From an uncultured Pseudomonadota bacterium (lineage in GTDB: Bacteria; Pseudomonadota; Alphaproteobacteria; RF32; CAG-239): DNA of 64,000 nucleotides. Positions 53,623-62,002 of the stretch are shown in pieces; the stretch's first letter is position 1, and the number at the start of each line of letters is the position of its first letter. Below the pieces are notes generated by a model that saw only the letters and a list, made by a program, of their open reading frames with translations, was not told the DNA's origin and did no database searches. The stretch covers positions 25,803-89,802 of the forward strand of contig CADCCF010000006.1 of NCBI GenBank assembly GCA_902799835.1. Reading direction: 5' to 3'. The position numbers and the translations under genes are program-made.

Positions 53623-55760
53623 TTTTGTTGTCCTTGAGACTGGCCACTTCGAGATGCGGGGCGCTTTCCTTGGGGCGTAGAGCGTTGAACAATTTGTTTG
53701 ATAGCGTCATCACTTGGGATGCCATGATTTTCTTTGAATTGCTCACGAGCAGCTTTGAAAGCGGTATACTCTTCTTTGTATTTATCATCATATTTGCGCT
53801 TGCTGAATTGGTCATATAAATCAGCAAGTTTATTTTTATCAGCAGCATACACATGATCAATCTTTTCCATATATTTTGCCATATACTCTACTTGTTCCTG
53901 CTTGAATTGAGCGAGTTGGTCTTTGTCAGGCATGTAATAAGACAAGGAGTTTTTTGTTAGTGTATTTTTTTCGACATCTAGTTCCACTAGCACTTTGTTA
54001 TATCCGGCTAAAGTTGTAAAACCTTCGGAATCTTGAGATAACATACCAATAGCACACATGGCTTGCATAGTTTCATGTTCTAAAGGTTCCCATAATACTT
54101 CATTCTTTTTAATTGAAGTTGTTATCTTGTTAGAAGGAGCCCTGCTGTCAGACTGGGACTGTCGTCGGTCAGCACTGCCGTCTTCGTTACCTCTGCCCAT
54201 AAGTTTATTAATGCGTTCTATTAGTTTTCTATATTTCTGTTGTGACTGAGGGTCTCCAATGGTTGCAAGCTCAGCTGTTAGTTTTTCTTTATCTTTACGA
54301 AGCGCCGATGTAGCATTATTATCAGCTACCGCAGCATCTTTCAAGTTAAGTTGTTCTTCTTTTTTTGCCTGAGATTGCTCGAACTGTTCTTTGATGACAT
54401 CTTTGACGGGTTTGCCATCAATGGTTTGCTGACGCATAGCACTGGCCACATCTATCAAAGTTTCATTAGATGGTAAATCTTTACCAGAGATACGAGCTTT
54501 TTGAATTTGCATGAACATAGCATAAGCTTTGATATATTCTTTTATTTTTAGTTTTCCAAGAGAACCGCTAAAGCGTTTTTTGCCGAATTTCCATTTTTTA
54601 ACATTTTTGAATAACAAAGGATCGCTTTTGGCTTTGCGTTCGATTAGGAACTGCGAATAATGTTCAGCAAATAATTGGGCTTGTTTGTTGAGCAAGAGGA
54701 TTTTTAAATTATCCTGCAATTCTGCGTTTACTTGATTATAGGAAGCACGAGCGTTATCAAAAGCTTTGTCAAACTCACGATTGGGTTTGGCAATAGCTTG
54801 TCCGCTGGCTTTTTGTTCATAATAACTGCGTAGTTCAGCCATTTTTTGCGTATCATTAGCATCAATATCCAGAGCTCTTTGCATACTTACTAAGTGGATG
54901 TCGTCAGCTTTTTTTCTGATGCTGTTGTAGTCGGCTTTAGAAATATGATAATGGCTGAGATTTTGAGGAGGAGTTCGGTGGTCAACCAATCGACCATTTT
55001 CATCCATGGTGATATTACGATTACCAATGTCTTGGCGGAGTATAGCTAAGCCAGCTTTATTTGAGTCTGAAATGTTTTCAATGTCATTATTTAGTTCTTT
55101 AACTGCAGCAGTATGATCAGCGCGGAGGTCATCCAGATTGTCGTGATCAGGGTTGATGTGTTTGTTATAAACACCGGACATACCTTCAGTGACCTTGCGT
55201 CTGGTCCAGCGCCAAGTCTTTTTTAGGCCATGTCCGAGAGGACGAGCTGTTTCATAGACAGCGGCTCCGATGATACTGCCTGTTTCGTTAAGACACCAAG
55301 CTAAGCCTTCCAAAATCCAGTCCTTGAACAAGTATTCAATAATGTCACCGGTTTCCAGTTTGATTTTGTCAGTTTGGTAGTCACCGGAAGTAGTAGGATC
55401 TTTTTCTGGATCACCGAGTTCAGCATTCTTATCTTTGGGACTATCGGGTGGGAGAGGGGTTCCGGCTACGTCATCAACAGTTATAGGTTCTTCTCCGCCT
55501 GAGCCCTCTTTGCTTTCATCACTAACCTCAACAGGTTTTTCATCAGTATGCTCATCAACTATAGTTTCAGGGCGATCAGCAAGAATATCCTTCAACTGCT
55601 TTTGGCGATATTCTGCAAATCTTTCTTCGGTTATTGTGTTACGCAATTCAGCTCGTTCAGCTAAACGATCACGACCATCATGGTTTCCATCTAACCCTAA
55701 ATTAGCACGAGCTAGTCTTTTGAGTTCTATTTTGTAGGCAATATCTTCTTTTATTGACAT
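53619..55760 (-). CDS. Large hypothetical, mostly helical/coiled protein
   Basis: I prefer the start at ATG 55760, with AAGGAG 6 nt upstream. The track start is 55781. It has no Walker, relaxase or other catalytic motif that I recognise. Confidence 0.55.
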   Translation of the reverse strand: MSIKEDIAYKIELKRLARANLGLDGNHDGRDRLAERAELRNTITEERFAEYRQKQLKDILADRPETIVDEHTDEKPVEVSDESKEGSGGEEPITVDDVAGTPLPPDSPKDKNAELGDPEKDPTTSGDYQTDKIKLETGDIIEYLFKDWILEGLAWCLNETGSIIGAAVYETARPLGHGLKKTWRWTRRKVTEGMSGVYNKHINPDHDNLDDLRADHTAAVKELNNDIENISDSNKAGLAILRQDIGNRNITMDENGRLVDHRTPPQNLSHYHISKADYNSIRKKADDIHLVSMQRALDIDANDTQKMAELRSYYEQKASGQAIAKPNREFDKAFDNARASYNQVNAELQDNLKILLLNKQAQLFAEHYSQFLIERKAKSDPLLFKNVKKWKFGKKRFSGSLGKLKIKEYIKAYAMFMQIQKARISGKDLPSNETLIDVASAMRQQTIDGKPVKDVIKEQFEQSQAKKEEQLNLKDAAVADNNATSALRKDKEKLTAELATIGDPQSQQKYRKLIERINKLMGRGNEDGSADRRQSQSDSRAPSNKITTSIKKNEVLWEPLEHETMQAMCAIGMLSQDSEGFTTLAGYNKVLVELDVEKNTLTKNSLSYYMPDKDQLAQFKQEQVEYMAKYMEKIDHVYAADKNKLADLYDQFSKRKYDDKYKEEYTAFKAAREQFKENHGIPSDDAIKQIVQRSTPQGKRPASRSGQSQGQQK

Positions 55761-55846
55761 CGGTCGCTCCTTGGATTGCATTATCTTTAGATTTATTTCA
55801 TTATATCAATATTTTTGTTTTTTGTCCAGTGTTTTTTTGTCAAAAT

Positions 55847-56818
55847 TTAAGCTTTTAGGCCAGCTAAAAATTTGCCAAGCTTTTTGTTAACAGCTTTACC
55901 ATCTTCCGGCCCGGCTTTGATTAAGCCGAAGAGACGATCAGGTATTTTGTCTATTTGAATGGGAGCATAAGTTGCCGGATTTTTGGTTAGGATTTCAAAA
56001 GCTCCTTGCGGATCTTTACTGGCTGTTTTGAAAAAGTTGTTGATTAACAAGTCGGCATCAATTGGAAAATTGTGCTCGCGAACGGCTTTGGCATATAAGC
56101 GCTTTCTTTCGAGCGTGCGTTGATGTTGTTCATAAAGCTCTTTTTCGATTTTGTGTTTTTGGTATTTTACTTTGCGGATGTTGTAGGCGGTTTCGCACGC
56201 ATCAGTTTCAATCAAAGTTTCAACGTAAGAAATTAACGATAATTGCAAATTTGGAGCGGAAATTTTTTCAGCAAAATCCAAAATTTGTTCATCACTAGCG
56301 TTGTAGGGAAGTTTAGCTAAAATTGCAGCTTCATTTTGTAGCAAAACATCCCAACAAATGGCAATGTCATTTTTGAGGTTTTCAGTACGGTTGGGGCTGA
56401 AACGCGGAAGTAATTCTTCGGCGGAAAAAGAAAATTCGGGAATATCTGCCTGATGTTCTCTGGCGCAGTTAACAACTGATTTGATAAATTCGCAATAAAC
56501 GTTGTACAAACGCTTTTCTTCTTCAGCTAATTGGTATGAGGCATCACTTTCCAAATCAGCATAAATTTTACTAAGTTCGGTATCTTCTTCATATATGGGC
56601 ATTAATTCTTCTTCTGATGAATCGTGAGATTCATCAGGAGCAGCATCTATTTCAGAAGGCGTGTCATCCTCAGGGGTTAAGGAAGGTTTGTTTTCGGCGA
56701 TTTCATCTTCGTCCTCTTCCTGAAAATCTGCTAATATATCATCAGTTTCATTCAACTGTTTGTTGATGAATTCGTCGAGCAGAGCATCAAAATCTTTGGA
56801 AGAAAAATCATCAGGCAT
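55847..56818 (-). CDS. Hypothetical protein with a strongly acidic N-terminal third
   Basis: 323-aa ORF with AAGGAG 8 nt upstream of the ATG. It has no TM helix and no recognised motif. Confidence 0.55.
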   Translation of the reverse strand: MPDDFSSKDFDALLDEFINKQLNETDDILADFQEEDEDEIAENKPSLTPEDDTPSEIDAAPDESHDSSEEELMPIYEEDTELSKIYADLESDASYQLAEEEKRLYNVYCEFIKSVVNCAREHQADIPEFSFSAEELLPRFSPNRTENLKNDIAICWDVLLQNEAAILAKLPYNASDEQILDFAEKISAPNLQLSLISYVETLIETDACETAYNIRKVKYQKHKIEKELYEQHQRTLERKRLYAKAVREHNFPIDADLLINNFFKTASKDPQGAFEILTKNPATYAPIQIDKIPDRLFGLIKAGPEDGKAVNKKLGKFLAGLKA

Positions 56819-56830
56819 TGTATAAGCTCC

Positions 56831-57115
56831 TTAATTAAGGTTAATGACAGCAATGACGGAATAATCAGCAGTGCTGACAGATATAATACGATCATTTTTT
56901 CGTTCATCGCTTATTAACAAATGAATGGCGCCATCAGAGGTTTTTATGTCTGCTATGCGGCTGTTTTTGGGTTGGCCTAAATTAAGTGTAATTGCTTCAG
57001 CAGGTTTGGTGCGCTTTGTTTTTTTGTATATGGTCACACCAGCCAAAATCATACCGAAAATAATGGTTAAAGTAAGAAAAAATACCAGAGCTTTAACTAA
57101 TTTTAGCTTATCCAT
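56831..57115 (-). CDS. Small single-pass membrane protein
   Basis: I place the start at ATG 57115 (MDKLKLVK), after AGAGAGG. It has a TM helix (ALVFFLTLTIIFGMILAGVTIY) and then a short beta-rich ectodomain. Confidence 0.5.
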   Translation of the reverse strand: MDKLKLVKALVFFLTLTIIFGMILAGVTIYKKTKRTKPAEAITLNLGQPKNSRIADIKTSDGAIHLLISDERKNDRIISVSTADYSVIAVINLN

Positions 57116-57150
57116 AAAAAACCTCTCTTGCAAGTTTGCAATTTTGTTCT

Positions 57151-57179
57151 ATTATATGATGCAATATTAACATAAACAA
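57151..57179 (-). promoter_or_regulatory. Candidate promoter of the six-gene minus-strand operon (TTGTTT, 17-nt spacer, TATAAT)
   Basis: Read on the reverse strand. The -35 is at 57174-57179 and the -10 at 57151-57156. It overlaps a divergent TTGCAA, 16-nt spacer, TATTAT candidate for rluD. Confidence 0.45.
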
Positions 57180-57193
57180 CAAAAAAACAACTT

Positions 57194-58171
57194 ATGCATC
57201 AGTCAGAAGATAATTATATTACACCAATAGTTAATAAAGATTTTAAGGGTTTGAGAATTGACAAGTTCTTGAATGAGTGTTTTGCAGATATTTCAAGATC
57301 GCAAGCTCAAAAACTGATTGAAGCCGGTCGCGTGCTTTGCGATGATGTAACCATAGCCGATAATGCTTACAAAATAAAGGAAGGTGAGGCGTTTACAGTG
57401 TCATTGCCGGATCCGATTGAAGCAGTGCCGCAACCGGAAGAAATTGATTTAGATATAGTATATCAGGACGAAGATATTGTGGTTGTGAACAAGCCGGCTG
57501 GAATGGTTGTACATCCGGCAGCCGGCGCGTGGAGTGGAACTTTGGTTAATGCTTTGTTGTTTTGGTGTAGAGATTTGTCAGGAGTGGGCGGGGTAATACG
57601 CCCGGGAATTGTGCATCGTATTGATAAAGAAACTTCAGGTTTGTTAGTGGTTGCTAAAAATGACAATGCCCATAGGTTGTTATGTGAGCAATTTGCCGAA
57701 CACTCTATTGAGCGGACCTATTATGCTTTTTGTTTTGGTGTGCCTGATCCTTTGAATGGTGTAATTGAAGGAGATATAGGACGAAATCCTTATGATCGCA
57801 AAAAAATGGCTATAGTCAAGAATAATGGTAAAAGGGCAGTGACTCACTACCAGACAATTGAAAATTATGGCGGATGGGCAGCGAAAGTTAAATGTAATTT
57901 GGAAACCGGTCGGACACATCAAATCAGAGTGCATATGTCCTCTAAAGGTAATAATCTTATTGGCGATAAGGTTTATGTGAAAACGAAAAAAATCACCGAT
58001 AAAAAAGTTGATGATGAAATAAAAAAATATATTAACGAATTTCCGCGGCAAGCATTGCACGCTCAAAGTCTGGGTTTTATTCATCCGAGGAGCGGTGAAA
58101 GAATGCTGTTCGAAAGTGAGCTGCCGCAAGATTTGCAATTGTTGCATGAAACACTGCAAAAATTAAAATAA
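57194..58171 (+). CDS. rluD: 23S rRNA pseudouridine synthase, RluA family (RluD-like)
   Basis: Has an S4 domain (RIDKFLNECFADISRSQAQKLIEAGRV), the catalytic VHRIDKETSGLLVVAKN and GRTHQIRVH. Confidence 0.9.
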   Translation: MHQSEDNYITPIVNKDFKGLRIDKFLNECFADISRSQAQKLIEAGRVLCDDVTIADNAYKIKEGEAFTVSLPDPIEAVPQPEEIDLDIVYQDEDIVVVNKPAGMVVHPAAGAWSGTLVNALLFWCRDLSGVGGVIRPGIVHRIDKETSGLLVVAKNDNAHRLLCEQFAEHSIERTYYAFCFGVPDPLNGVIEGDIGRNPYDRKKMAIVKNNGKRAVTHYQTIENYGGWAAKVKCNLETGRTHQIRVHMSSKGNNLIGDKVYVKTKKITDKKVDDEIKKYINEFPRQALHAQSLGFIHPRSGERMLFESELPQDLQLLHETLQKLK

Positions 58172-58654
58172 TTATTCCTTTTCGTCGGGTAAAATATTGC
58201 TCCAGTTTTCGGCATATCGGTTGAGGCGGGCATTGATGATTTTTAGACGATGTTGTGCAGAATTTTTGAAGATAAAAGCAAACAAATCGGGCAAAATGTA
58301 GTATAACAAAGCGCCAATGGCTGCCGCAGAGAGCATAATGATAATGTCATTGATGTCTTCACGAATGGAAAAAGTTGAACCGGAGGTCAGTTGGATAAAA
58401 ATGTGGTGAAGGCAGATTATCAAACCAGACATATTAAGACAACCGATGGTAGTTATTTTGTTGATGTTTTTGGTATCAGTTACAACAGCGGTTAATGTTG
58501 GTAACAGACCAATGAAAAGGACTACGACAACCGGAAGTATGGTAAAAGCTACAACCATTAAGCCTAAGAAAATTATAAACTTTTGGAAAGAATTTAATTT
58601 TGATATGCCTACTTTGTTGTCTTTTTTAGAAGTTAAGGGTGTTGGTGCTTTCAT
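58172..58654 (-). CDS. Small polytopic membrane protein coupled to the pseudokinase gene
   Basis: I prefer ATG 58654, which overlaps the upstream TAA (TAATG). It has about 4 hydrophobic helices. Confidence 0.5.
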   Translation of the reverse strand: MKAPTPLTSKKDNKVGISKLNSFQKFIIFLGLMVVAFTILPVVVVLFIGLLPTLTAVVTDTKNINKITTIGCLNMSGLIICLHHIFIQLTSGSTFSIREDINDIIIMLSAAAIGALLYYILPDLFAFIFKNSAQHRLKIINARLNRYAENWSNILPDEKE

Positions 58655-60678
58655 TATTTCATCATCCAATAAATTAGGCTGAATATAAAAGTACTCAGCA
58701 TGGTTAAAACAGAAAGGATTGACGAGAAGCGCATAGCCAATTCGCGTGCTTCTTCATCAATTTTGGAATCTCCGCTCAAGATTTTATTTTTTTCAGTAAT
58801 TAAAAAGTTTACGGTTTTTAGGGCCTCGGTAAAATCATTATGGTCGCGTGTACGCGCCTCATCATTTTCGAGGATTTCGACCAAATCCATAATTTTGCCG
58901 CTTTTAGATACCTTAAGTAACTCCTGTTCCAAATATTTTTGATACTTGATATTGTGATAACTCTGAATCAATGGTTGAGCTGCTTTAGATAGCCACTGGG
59001 TAAGGTTGATAAGTTGGGCAGGTCCCTGCTTGTTTTGGATGTTGGCATATAATCTGATTACGGCGCCAATCTTGATGGCATCCTGATTGGAATTAATATC
59101 AACAATTATACCATCGATTTTTTTGCCCATTTTGCAACGCAGATAGGCAATTATGTTTTTATCAAAAGGAGGAGTGGCATAATTGTCATTATTGTTGAGA
59201 GCATTAAGCAGACGAGAGCTGTTATTGACAAATGATTTTCCCAAAAGCGGACTTAGGCAGGGTAAATCTTCGTCAAAATCATACATAATACGATCAAAAC
59301 CATAGCCATAGTCATTGCGGGAAAGATACATGGTAAACTCACTGGCATTGGTCGGAGCTCGCAAGGATGACTGTTCTTGATACCAAAGTTTTATGATATC
59401 GGTTGATATAAGATTTTGCAATGAAGTTAAAGATAAGTTATTTTTTTTATTGTAAAAAATGGTCTTAGCTATTCCTTCAGGGAAGATATAAGATGAACCG
59501 CACTTGAGAGGGAGGGAACTATCAAGATAAATGCAAATCTTTGATAATAAAATGCTTTTATCGGGGTTTTCTTTTTCAGCGTTTATGGCAGCCTGAAGTT
59601 TGGAATGGAGTTTTTCATTTTCAAGTCCGCTTTTTACCCATTCTAGCAATTTACCACTTTGGACTACTTCCAGACCAAAATCCGGATTGTTGAGAATAGC
59701 CAAGGCTGCACTTTTGCGTGTGTAACATTTTTCGCTGTTAATAACCAGTGCCTTATTAGAACGGTCGGTATTGTCAGGATTGAAATTGACGGTTTTACCA
59801 TCAAAGTAGTTAAAAACGGTATTGTAATCACAATGTTTATCGCTACTATCATCAAGCATTTGTTTGAGTACAGCGGCTATGCGAGTTGAAATCTTTTCGT
59901 TGTTGGAAAGAAAATTAAAAGATGAATTTTTTAATTTTTGTTTGAGCATTTCACCGGCAGACAGTTCCGATGATATATCGTGATTGAGTACTAATCCGAG
60001 TAAAACCACACCGGAGGCGTAAATATCGTGTTCAATTAGTCCGTTGCCGCGTGATTGGGATGGGCACAAAGTGTTTTCAATGGTTTCGTAAATCAAAGGT
60101 TGATGGGTGGAAGGGAAAGCCGCTAGGCAATCGCCCAACATCAATTCTTTGCGCGATGTATCGGTATAAAATAAGTTATCAAGTCTGATAGCACGGTGAG
60201 TTAATCCAAAAGTTTTTAATACTTCACAGGCAGACAATAGTGATAAGGTTAAACTGCGGAATTCTTCCATAGTCAAACCATCGCTTTTTTCAAGGAAATT
60301 GTCGGCGCGAGGACCACTCGGCATATTGTAAACTAAGGCGATAGTTTCAGAGTTTTTATATATGATATGACCATACTCAACCAATTTAAGGATATACGGA
60401 GAATCGATTGATTTCATATAGGGAAGATAAGATAGACGCGGTAAATCGGATGTGCACACGAGCGCGAAAAGCGGTCTGGTTGGATTCGTTTTATCCGTAA
60501 CCTGAAAGGCTAAAGCCCCGTTGGTATCCAATTCAGACATCGGTCGGTTAAAATTAATTTCAAAACGCTCTTTTAACAGCGCGGTGGATAATGGAACATT
60601 CTCCACAATTTCCTCTGAGGTGGAAATATCAGCCGGAGCTTCCGTTTCTTGGATTTCTTCAATATTCTCATCTGTCAT
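58654..60678 (-). CDS. Protein-kinase-fold protein predicted to be catalytically dead, with a large C-terminal extension and a C-terminal TM anchor
   Basis: The catalytic-loop region reads THRAIRLDN where HRDLKPxN is expected, so the Asp is replaced by Ala. It retains MLGDCLAAF (the DFG-equivalent Asp) and HDIYASGVVLLGLVL. There is no recognisable Gly-loop or VAIK lysine. The last 25 residues are hydrophobic. Confidence 0.65.
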   Translation of the reverse strand: MTDENIEEIQETEAPADISTSEEIVENVPLSTALLKERFEINFNRPMSELDTNGALAFQVTDKTNPTRPLFALVCTSDLPRLSYLPYMKSIDSPYILKLVEYGHIIYKNSETIALVYNMPSGPRADNFLEKSDGLTMEEFRSLTLSLLSACEVLKTFGLTHRAIRLDNLFYTDTSRKELMLGDCLAAFPSTHQPLIYETIENTLCPSQSRGNGLIEHDIYASGVVLLGLVLNHDISSELSAGEMLKQKLKNSSFNFLSNNEKISTRIAAVLKQMLDDSSDKHCDYNTVFNYFDGKTVNFNPDNTDRSNKALVINSEKCYTRKSAALAILNNPDFGLEVVQSGKLLEWVKSGLENEKLHSKLQAAINAEKENPDKSILLSKICIYLDSSLPLKCGSSYIFPEGIAKTIFYNKKNNLSLTSLQNLISTDIIKLWYQEQSSLRAPTNASEFTMYLSRNDYGYGFDRIMYDFDEDLPCLSPLLGKSFVNNSSRLLNALNNNDNYATPPFDKNIIAYLRCKMGKKIDGIIVDINSNQDAIKIGAVIRLYANIQNKQGPAQLINLTQWLSKAAQPLIQSYHNIKYQKYLEQELLKVSKSGKIMDLVEILENDEARTRDHNDFTEALKTVNFLITEKNKILSGDSKIDEEARELAMRFSSILSVLTMLSTFIFSLIYWMMK

Positions 60679-60813
60679 GTGCTAATCTTTCGATTAAATT
60701 GTATCAAATAACGTCATTCTAACAATATATTGTTAATAAAGTACAAATTTTTTGTATAAAAAAGTGAAAAATATAATTTAATATCGTTGAAAGTCAGCGA
60801 GATGGATTAAATA

Positions 60814-61899
60814 ATGGTAACAGATAAGCAAAATATGGCAAATTTGTTGGATGGTAAAGGGATTGCTAAATCGGATCAGCCTGCTGATTTGTCAATTTTG
60901 GATGAGGCTGCAAATTATAATGTTGATTTAGCGGCTTTAGAGGCCATACATAAAAAGAAATCCTCTGAAAACATTACAACGAACAGACATCAGCAGACTT
61001 CGGCAAAGAGCGAAGATTGGTTCAAATTGGATGTAAAGTTATCCGATATGATCGAATTTGTTTTTGATAAAGCTGATTTTCCGGTGTTTATTGTGCAAGA
61101 TGACAGCATAATTTATGTAAATCGTGCGGCGGGTGCTTTGTTGCAGTGCAATGGTAGTTCCGATCTGATAGGACATAAATTTTTTGAATTAGTTTATCAA
61201 GAAGATTGGAATCTTTTAGCCAACAATATTGCTGAGATGCTGACTAATCACAAAGAAATAAGCATAAGATTCAGTTACAATAATGATAAAATACAAGAAG
61301 TTAACCTAAAAGCAATTTACCTGCCGGATATTGAGCATTTTTCATTTATAATTTTTGGCGAGAAGTTGCAAAGTAAAAAGAAAATCGTTAATAATGCCCT
61401 TTATGATGATGATACGGGGTTGCCGAGTTTCTTTTTGTTTGAGGATCGCTTGCAGATGGCAGTATTGATGGCAAATTCCGTTAAAGAAGAGACTAATCGG
61501 CAGAAGATAGGCGTTTTAGCTATTAATATAGATAATATGAAAGATTTTAAGAAGCTTAATTTAGATGATGTAGTAATTAAAAAATTGGCCGATAATTTGG
61601 TGTTTAATTTGCCCAAGACAATCACTGTGGCAAAAGGGTTAAAATACCATTTTTGGATATTGTTGAGCAGTGCACATGATGATTCTGAGATTAAATCTTA
61701 TTTGAAAGTGATAAAAGAAATTTTGGATGCTGGGATTAGTGATAATTTTATGCGGCATGATTTGGTTTATTCGGTCGGGTGCAGTCTTTTTTCCAAAGAT
61801 GCATCTTCTGCCAAAGAATTAATTGAACACACGATAGAAGCTGTACGCTTAGCTCAATCAGAAAATCATAATTCATTGGTTATATATGGCGACAAATAA
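60814..61899 (+). CDS. PAS-domain protein with a degenerate GGDEF domain
   Basis: Has a PAS-like FPVFIVQDDSIIYVNRAAGALL...IGHKFFELV. The GGDEF-fold start is YDDDTGLPSFFLFEDRL. The signature position reads AKGLKYHFWILL where RxGGDEFxxLL is expected. Confidence 0.7.
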   Translation: MVTDKQNMANLLDGKGIAKSDQPADLSILDEAANYNVDLAALEAIHKKKSSENITTNRHQQTSAKSEDWFKLDVKLSDMIEFVFDKADFPVFIVQDDSIIYVNRAAGALLQCNGSSDLIGHKFFELVYQEDWNLLANNIAEMLTNHKEISIRFSYNNDKIQEVNLKAIYLPDIEHFSFIIFGEKLQSKKKIVNNALYDDDTGLPSFFLFEDRLQMAVLMANSVKEETNRQKIGVLAINIDNMKDFKKLNLDDVVIKKLADNLVFNLPKTITVAKGLKYHFWILLSSAHDDSEIKSYLKVIKEILDAGISDNFMRHDLVYSVGCSLFSKDASSAKELIEHTIEAVRLAQSENHNSLVIYGDK

Positions 61900-62002
61900 C
61901 TCAAAGTTGATAAACAAAAGATTTGTTGAATGTTAAAAAATCTGCTTGTGAAAAAGGAAGTTTTGTTATATTTTCAAGCCAGTTGGAAGGAATAGGTTTA
62001 TA

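Noticed and set aside
57680-58159. A 159-aa ORF lies antisense to rluD.
   Set aside because: It is a shadow ORF within a motif-supported CDS.
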